From assembly GCA_950097015.1 (NCBI GenBank), contig CATNEN010000038.1, positions 4,898,001 to 4,962,000 of the forward strand: 64,000 nt of DNA. The letters are read 5' to 3'. This DNA comes from Macrostomum hystrix. Taxonomy: Eukaryota > Animalia > Platyhelminthes. Position 1 is the stretch's first letter. Each line of letters starts with the position of its first letter. The notes below the pieces were generated by a model. It saw nothing but the letters and a program-made list of their open reading frames with translations, did not search any database and was not told the origin of the DNA. The position numbers and the translations under genes are program-made. Shown piece by piece: positions 57,501 to 64,000 of the stretch.

Positions 57501-60500
57501 GATTATCACATTTAGAATCGGATTATCACATTTAGAATCGGATTATCACATCTGGAATCGGATTATCACATTTAGAATCGGATTATCGCATTTAGAATCG
57601 GATTATCACATTTAGAATCGGATTATCATATTTAGAATCGGATTATCGCATTTAGAATCGGATTATCACATTTAGAATCGGATTATCACATTTAGAATCG
57701 GATTATCACATTTAGAATCGGATTATCATATTTAGAATCGGATTATCGCATTTAGAATCGGATTATCACATTTAGAATCGGATTATCATATTTAGAATCG
57801 GATTATCACATTTAGAATCGGATTATCACATTTAGAATCGGATTATCACATTTAGAATCGGATTATCGCATTTAGAATCGGATTATCACATTTAGAATCG
57901 GATTATCACATTTAGAATCGGATTATCACATTTAGAATCGGATTATCATATTTAGAATCGGATTATCACATTTAGAATCGGATTATCACATTTAGAATCG
58001 GATTATCACATTTAGAATCGGATTATCACATTTAGAATCGGATTATCACATTTAGAATCGGATTATCACATTTAGAATCGGATTATCACATTTAGAATCG
58101 GATTATCGCATTTAGAATCGGATTATCGCATTTAGAATCGGATTATCACATTTAGAATCGGATTATCACATTTAGAATCGGATTATCACATCTGGAATCG
58201 GATTATCACATTTAGTATCGGATTATCACATTTAGAATCGGATTATCACATCTGGAATCGGATTATCACATTTAGAATCGGATTATCACATTTAGAATCG
58301 GATTATCACATTTAGAATTGGATTATCACATTTAGAATCGGATTATCACATTTAGAATCGGATTATCACATTTAGAATTGGATTATCACATTTAGAATCG
58401 GATTATCGCATTTAGAATCGGATTATCACATTGAGAATCTGATTATCGCATTTAGAATCGGATTATCGCATTTAGAATCTGATTATCGCATTTAGAATCT
58501 GATTATCACATTTAGAATCGGATTATCTAGTTTAGAATCGGATTATGTAGTTAAAAATAGGATTATCAAATTTAGAATGGGATTACCTAATTTAGAACCG
58601 GTTTATCTCATTTCTAATCGGATTATTTTATTTAAAAATGGATTAAAAAAGTCATGAGTTACATTCCATTAAGTTCGAATTCAACCCCTCTTTGTCCAAC
58701 CCGCTACCAACCAATCACAGCGGAGCATTTTCCATGCCACCAGCAAGTCGCGAACCAGAACCCGCGTGGCCTCATCCGTAGAGCTGCCAGGTGTTGCCAA
58801 GGGAGCCACACTGCAGCTGGACCACCTCCTGCCTGTCAATCCTATGCCCAGTTCGCACATTGAGGGCTGCTCCAACATTGAACTTTTCTACTTCCTGCGG
58901 GTGAGATCTTGGAATTTGGAATTATGGAAACACTTGGAATTATGGAAACACTTGGAATTATGGAAACACTTGGAATTATGGAAACACTTGGAATTATGGA
59001 AACACTTGGAATTATTTATCTTAGAATGAACTATCAGAATGGGGAAATGTCTTAAAGTTGAGGCTGCGTACAGCTGTTCAGTCCATGGACTGGAAGGCTG
59101 CCACACCCGAGGGGGTCCTGAGCTCGATTCCGCGGCGAGGCCACATTCATTGAGGCGCAGCAGCGTAGATTAGGCTCGCAGGCTTGTCGTGCAAAATTAC
59201 GCCCTCGAGGGCCAACCTCCAAGGCACAGTGAGAGTGTACACAGGCTGATGATGAGACAGTCAGGGCAGATGTACACACCTGTGTGCGTGTGTGCTCAGG
59301 AGTCAGCGGAATGAGCAGAATTGCCTCCTCGCTGGCTGCGGGTCTGGTGTCACCAGACGATGTGCCAGTGCCCGCAGCCCGCCTGAAAAGGTTTCAGTTG
59401 TTGCTATTTTTAGAAGCACCTTTACTCTCCAAGCCTAATTACGCAACTCATTGGTCGTGTCCCAGGTCAACGCAGACGGCGGCTGCTGCCTGTCCATGAA
59501 GGAGGAGTGCTGCGAACTGCTGATTGGCACCGTGCCTCTCCTGTCCTACATGCCGTGGGCGACGAGCCATCTGCCGGGCCAGGGCTACGACGGACCCATG
59601 ATGGCGATCACCCAGCAGCCGTCTTCACCTGTGCCTCGTAATATTCATAATTTCGTAACAGAGATAAAATAAACTACCAGAGACAGATTCTGCCCTAGAC
59701 ACTGTTCCCACAGAGAAACAATTATTTTGAAAACCTAGAGGGTAAACTTGTAAATACTCATAAAAATTATTTTCTGAATATCCAATAAAAATATGGCATA
59801 GAAAGCAAGAATCCTTCATATAACCTTGATAAGAATACTCCTTCAGAGAATCCCAACAGAGAAATTCCCTTAGGGATTCCCGATGTTGGAAATTTCTGCA
59901 GGTATTCCCGATAGAGGAGATTCCTTCAGGGATTCCCGATTGAGGAAATTACTTCAGGGATTCCCGATTGAGGAAATTACTTCAGGGATTCCCGATTGAG
60001 GAAATTACTTCAGGGATTCCCGATTGAGGAAATTACTTCAGGGATTCCCGATTGAGGAAATTACTTCAGGGATTCCCGATTGAGGAAATTAATTCAGGGA
60101 TTCCCGATTGAGGAAATTAATTCAGGGATTCCCGATTGAGGAAATTACTTCAGGGATTCCCGATAGATAAATTCGTAAGTTTAGTTCTTAATGAAATTCG
60201 GAAATTCTAGGAGATATTGAGAGATATCCAACGCGGAAATTCCACGGAAATCCCGACAGGTAAATCTCTTTCAGCAACTCTCATAAGGAAAGTGCACAGA
60301 AACTGCTTGCCGAGGATGATTGGTAGACTATTTATTTTGTAAATTGAGCATTAAAAGTACAACAAAGAGTACCTATCACCATTTCAGCCCCGCCAACCTA
60401 CGAGGAGTGCATGTTCGGGCGGGTCGACGTGGACAAGGACGAAAATGGCGGCAAGAACGTGAACGGCAGCGCACAATGGGCGCCCAGCTATCCCGTGTTC

Positions 60501-60545
60501 GCCATGGCGACCGCGCCACCGGCACCGCAACCACCGACCGAATAA
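54595..60545 (+). CDS. Alpha-arrestin paralogue 5 (PPTY tail)
   Basis: Exons 54595-54721, 54801-54929, 56260-56684, 58721-58900, 59466-59637 and 60388-60545. Motifs VYRPGQ, VHWTE, APSSFEG..GRIRY.LKASIDRPW, CCYCFNCCCG, KRGFVPGE and PPPTYEECMFG. The stop overlaps AATAAA. Confidence 0.93.
54980..56235. repeat. 20-bp intronic minisatellite (about 62 copies)
   Basis: Unit agacagtgatttgacatgt(g/t/c). Confidence 0.97.
56768..58645. repeat. 20-bp intronic minisatellite (about 90 copies), degenerate edges
   Basis: Unit gattatcacatttagaatcg. Confidence 0.97.
58908..59016. repeat. 18-bp minisatellite
   Basis: Unit cttggaattatggaaaca, starting about 8 nt after the donor site. Confidence 0.92.
59058..59385. 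mobile_element. Fused SINE fragments: family A 3' part (minus) joined to family B (plus)
   Basis: ggctgcgtacagctgttcagtccatggact..gccacaccc (family A reverse complement) runs directly into gtcctgagctcgattccgcggcgaggcc (family B). Confidence 0.75.
59865..60165. repeat. 28-bp intronic minisatellite
   Basis: Unit ttcagggattcccgattgaggaaattac. Confidence 0.93.
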
Positions 60546-60639
60546 ACCGATTCTTTGTTAACTAAAAACCTCATTTTATATTTTAAGCTGATTAACTAAA
60601 ACAACAAAAGCCGCTAAATATCACTGGCAAAAAGGTTTC

Positions 60640-61138
60640 AACAGGTTCACTCCTATCTAACAGGTTTACTCCTGTCTAACAGGTTTACTCCTGTCTAACA
60701 GGTTTACTCCTGTCTAACAGGTTCACTCCTGTCTAACAGGCTCACTCCTGTCTAACAGGTTCACTCCTGTCTAACAGGTTCACTCCTGTCTAACAGGTTC
60801 ACTCCTGTCTAACAGGTTTACTCCTGTCTAACAGGTTTACTCCTGTCTAGCAGGTTTACTCCTGTCTAACAGGTTTACTCCTGTCTAGCAGGTTTACTCC
60901 TGTCTAACAGGTTTACTCCTATCTAACAGGTTCACTCCTATCTAACAGGTTTACTCTTGTTTAACAGGTTCACTCCTATCTAACAGGTTTACTCCTGTCT
61001 AACAGGTTTACTCCTGTCTAGCAGGCTTACTCCTGTCTAACAGGTTTACTCCTGTCTAACAGTTTCACTCCTGTCTAACAGTTTCACTCCTGTCTAACAG
61101 TTTCACTCCTGTCTAACAGGTTTACCCCTGTCTAACAG
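60640..61138. repeat. 19-bp minisatellite between convergent 3' ends
   Basis: Unit aacaggtt(t/c)actcctgtct (ACAGG...CCTGT). Confidence 0.95.
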
Positions 61139-61501
61139 ATTGCATGATGATCAATTAACTTCTATAGTTAATCTCATTTCTCGATACAAATATCAGGTAG
61201 GTTTCCATGACATTCCCTGCTCTAGCTAATATCAAGTCGTAAATTTATATTTTTAAAAGAAGTTTAGTGTTTACTTACTCGTATCTGACATTTTAACATA
61301 ATGAGACATAAACACGAAGTATTGCACATGAATTCGCAAATTTTAATTATATGTAAAAAACCAACAAAATTCTTTTTTTTTTACTGAGTTAATCACACGC
61401 CTCTGTGAATTTGCAGGTCTTGTATTTGTTTCTGGCTTGTAGCAAAAACAATTTGACACTTTCCATTCTACTGACAGTAGCGAGTTCAGCGTGGCATTTC
61501 T

Positions 61502-63195
61502 CTAAAACACGCACAGCTTGGTCCAGGGCCGCTTGTAGAAGTACACGTGGGCTGTGGTGAGCGTCTGGGGGTAGGTCGGCTGGTGCATACAGTCCGGCAC
61601 GAATGGGAAGAAACCCTAGGTGTGGAAATTGTGTGAATGAGCGATTCGGGTGAATTAGAGTAAATTGGAGTTAACGAGAGTGAAATGGGGTGAATAAGAG
61701 TGAATTGGGGTGAATGAGAGTGAATGACAGTTGGGGTGAATGAGAGTGAATGACAGTGAATGAGAGTGAATGAAAGTAAATGAAAGTGAATGAAAGTTAA
61801 TTGGGGTGAATGAGAGTGAATGACAGTGAATTGGAGTGAATGAGAGTGAATTGGGGTGAATGAGAGTGAATTGGAGTGAATCAGGGTGAATTGGGGTGAA
61901 TGAGAGTGAATGATAGTGAATGGCAGTGAATTGGGGTAAATGAGAGTGAATTGAAGTGAATTAGAGTGAATGAAAGTGAATGAAAGTAAATGAAAGTGAA
62001 TGAAAGTTAATTGGGGTGAATGAAAGTGAATGACAGTGAATTGGGGTGAATGAGAGTGAATTGGGGTGAATGAATGATGATGAGAGTGAATGACAGTGAA
62101 TTGGGGTGAATGAATGATGATGAGAGTGAATGACAGTGAATTGGGGTGAATGAGAGTGAATTGGGGTGAATGAATGATGATGAGAGTGAATGACAGTGAA
62201 TTGGGGTGAATGAATGATGATGAGAGTGAATGACAGTGAATTGGGGTGAATGAGAGTGAATTGGGGTGAATGAATGATGATGAGAGTGAATGACAGTGAA
62301 TTGGGGTGAATGAATGATGATGAGAGTGAATGACAGTGAATTGGGGTGAATGAGAGTGAATTGGGGTGAATGAATGATGATGAGAGTGAATGACAGTGAA
62401 TTGGGGTGAATGAATGATGATGAGAGTGAATGACAGTGAATTGGGGTGAATGAATGATGATGAGAGTGAATGACAGTGAATTGGGGTGAATGAATGATGA
62501 TGAGAGTGAATGAAAGAAATATACTGAGTGTGTCTGAAAGAGTGAATGAGAGTCATCCAGCTCTGGCCACTCACGCCGGCAACAGACACGGTCGGGTGCT
62601 CATAGTACTCGCCGTCGAAGTTGGCGGCCGTGGCGAAGCCGAAGCCGTCAAGTTTGCCGCTGTTGTACAGCACGAAGTAGGGCATGAAGTCATCGCAGTT
62701 CATGTTCCTGCGCATGTTGTACCAATAGTGCTGGCCTGCAAGTCGAAACTCAAGCGTCAACTAACATTCTTCTGGAAGAGTCCTGATCCCTTGACCCAGA
62801 AATTATCGACAAGGGTCATGATCCCTTGACCCAGAAATGATCAACAAGGGTCATTATCCCTTGACCCAGCAGTTATTAACAAGAGTCCTGATCCTTTGAC
62901 CCAGTAATTATCAACAAGTGTTATGATTCCTTGACCCAAGAAAAAAAATAATAATTCCGTTCTCTTGACCCAGCATTCACTTCAAGTACTGTACTTCACA
63001 AAGAGTGCTCACCCATAAACACGAAGCACTTTCCCTTGGTCCAGGCGGTGCTGGGCATGTCGGCCTCGTTTGCCGGGATGCGCAGGCTGGCGACTCCGCT
63101 GTTGTTGGTGGCGCTGCCCTTCTGCAGGTACAGTCCGGTGCCGGTGCCCTGCTGGTTGAGCTGGGTGGCAGTCCGCCCGGTGGTGCACACAATGC
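61502..63195 (-). CDS. 3' exons of a conserved uncharacterised invertebrate protein (5' exons not found in the window)
   Basis: Exons 63195-63013, 62735-62575 and 61615-61502 splice in frame via GT-AG: ...IVCTTGRT...WTKGKCFVFMG|QHYWYN...CDDFMPYFVLYNSGKLDGFG...YEHP...|GFFPFVPDC...TTAHVYF...KLCVF*. Confidence 0.8.
61630..62515. repeat. GTGAAT-based intronic satellite with higher-order blocks
   Basis: Alternating tgagagtgaa / tgacagtgaa / ttggggtgaa / tgaatgatga decamers. Confidence 0.93.
62778..62975. repeat. ~35-bp degenerate minisatellite
   Basis: Unit gatcccttgacccagaaattatc.acaagggtcat. Confidence 0.8.
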
Positions 63196-63280
63196 CTGGG
63201 TGATTGCGATGGCGTCTCTCCATTAATGATGGCACACAATGTATATCAATAGAGAGAAGTGGCACATTCAACTAATCTCA

Positions 63281-63475
63281 ACGTGTACGGCTGTTCAGTC
63301 CATGGACTGGTGGGGCGCCACGCCCAGTCCCAATTACCACGGCAGATCCTGGAACCCATTTACGGCCGGGTGAACAGGAGCAATGCAGAGTTATGCGTCT
63401 TGCATATGGACACAAATTTTTCCATTAGGGTCTAGAATCGAACCCCCGACCTTCTAGACATGAGTCCGACGCCAA
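63281..63475 (-). mobile_element. CORE-like SINE family A
   Basis: gaatcgaacccccgacc (B-box reverse complement) and cccatttacggccgggtgaac..gcaatgcagagtta (CORE-like reverse complement). Confidence 0.8.
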
Positions 63476-64000
63476 GCTAAAACCCCCCTTTGTTGTACAG
63501 TTATAAATCCTATCCTTTTGAAAACGCAGATCTTTAATAAACTCTTCAAGAAATTTCAAGAAAGTGACTAACTAAAATCTGTTGTTTGGAAACTAACTTT
63601 AGCGATACGGAAATATAAATTATGAGCAAAGCGTCAATATTTACTTGAAATTGTGAGTAAATATTTATTGTGGATAGACTGCCTTCGCTGATACAGGCCT
63701 GCTTAAATAACATCAATTTTCTGACTGGCTCGATGAAAATAGTCGGCTGTTAACGTTTGTTTTTGGTTTCCACAGTATAGAAATAAATGTGTGCCAAGCC
63801 CCGATTTTCCGGACTAGTGTAGGCTGCCTGACTGTCGCAAATTGACACTCACCAGATAGGCCATTCTGATGCTATACTTAGAGACAATACAGAGTTCTAT
63901 ATTTAGAGCTCATTGGTCTGGTCTGTTATGACTAGTTCGTGTTTACTGTGTGGTCTGTGATAAGCAAAAACTGCGCACTCACTGGGGTTCACAAAGTAGG

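Noticed and set aside
29490-61138. Short-period arrays as CRISPR arrays
   Set aside because: Units are head-to-tail with no unique spacers, there are no cas genes, and the context is eukaryotic.
26497-62760. Long repetitive ORFs over minisatellites (e.g. 27304-27972, 31805-32998, 46250-46703, 46910-48105, 55059-55897, most of 61486-62760)
   Set aside because: Translations of intronic or intergenic tandem repeats; only the embedded exon portions are real.

Overview
Eukaryotic (animal) genomic DNA with GT-AG introns and dense minisatellites. A free-living flatworm such as Macrostomum is my best guess, but that is inference only. Layout: (1) 1-7.5 kb, two decayed minus-strand Ty3/Gypsy LTR retrotransposons with a deleted mariner transposase between them; both 3' LTRs carry heat-shock-element (nGAAnnTTCn) arrays. 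(2) 10.6-21.2 kb, three tandem copine genes with intronless CDSs (C2-C2-vWA), homogenised in patches and extended by long GPYPG-repeat tails; two tails end in an overlapping PSAP/PPxY 'late-domain' motif. (3) 23.4-60.5 kb, five six-exon alpha-arrestin (ARRDC-like) genes plus a pseudogene fragment, whose tails differ in PPxY/PSAP and Cys-cluster content; many introns are filled by private minisatellites. Also in this block are an intronless secreted PAN/LamG-like gene (minus strand), a probable non-autonomous Helitron carrying two satellite arrays, and three tRNA-derived SINE families (one CORE-like). (4) 61.5-63.2 kb, the last three exons of an uncharacterised minus-strand gene. The strongest leads are a putative Ca2+-sensor/ESCRT/Nedd4 adaptor cluster (copines plus arrestins) and heat-inducible LTRs. 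Exon boundaries were read by eye; most ORF-track entries over repeats are spurious.
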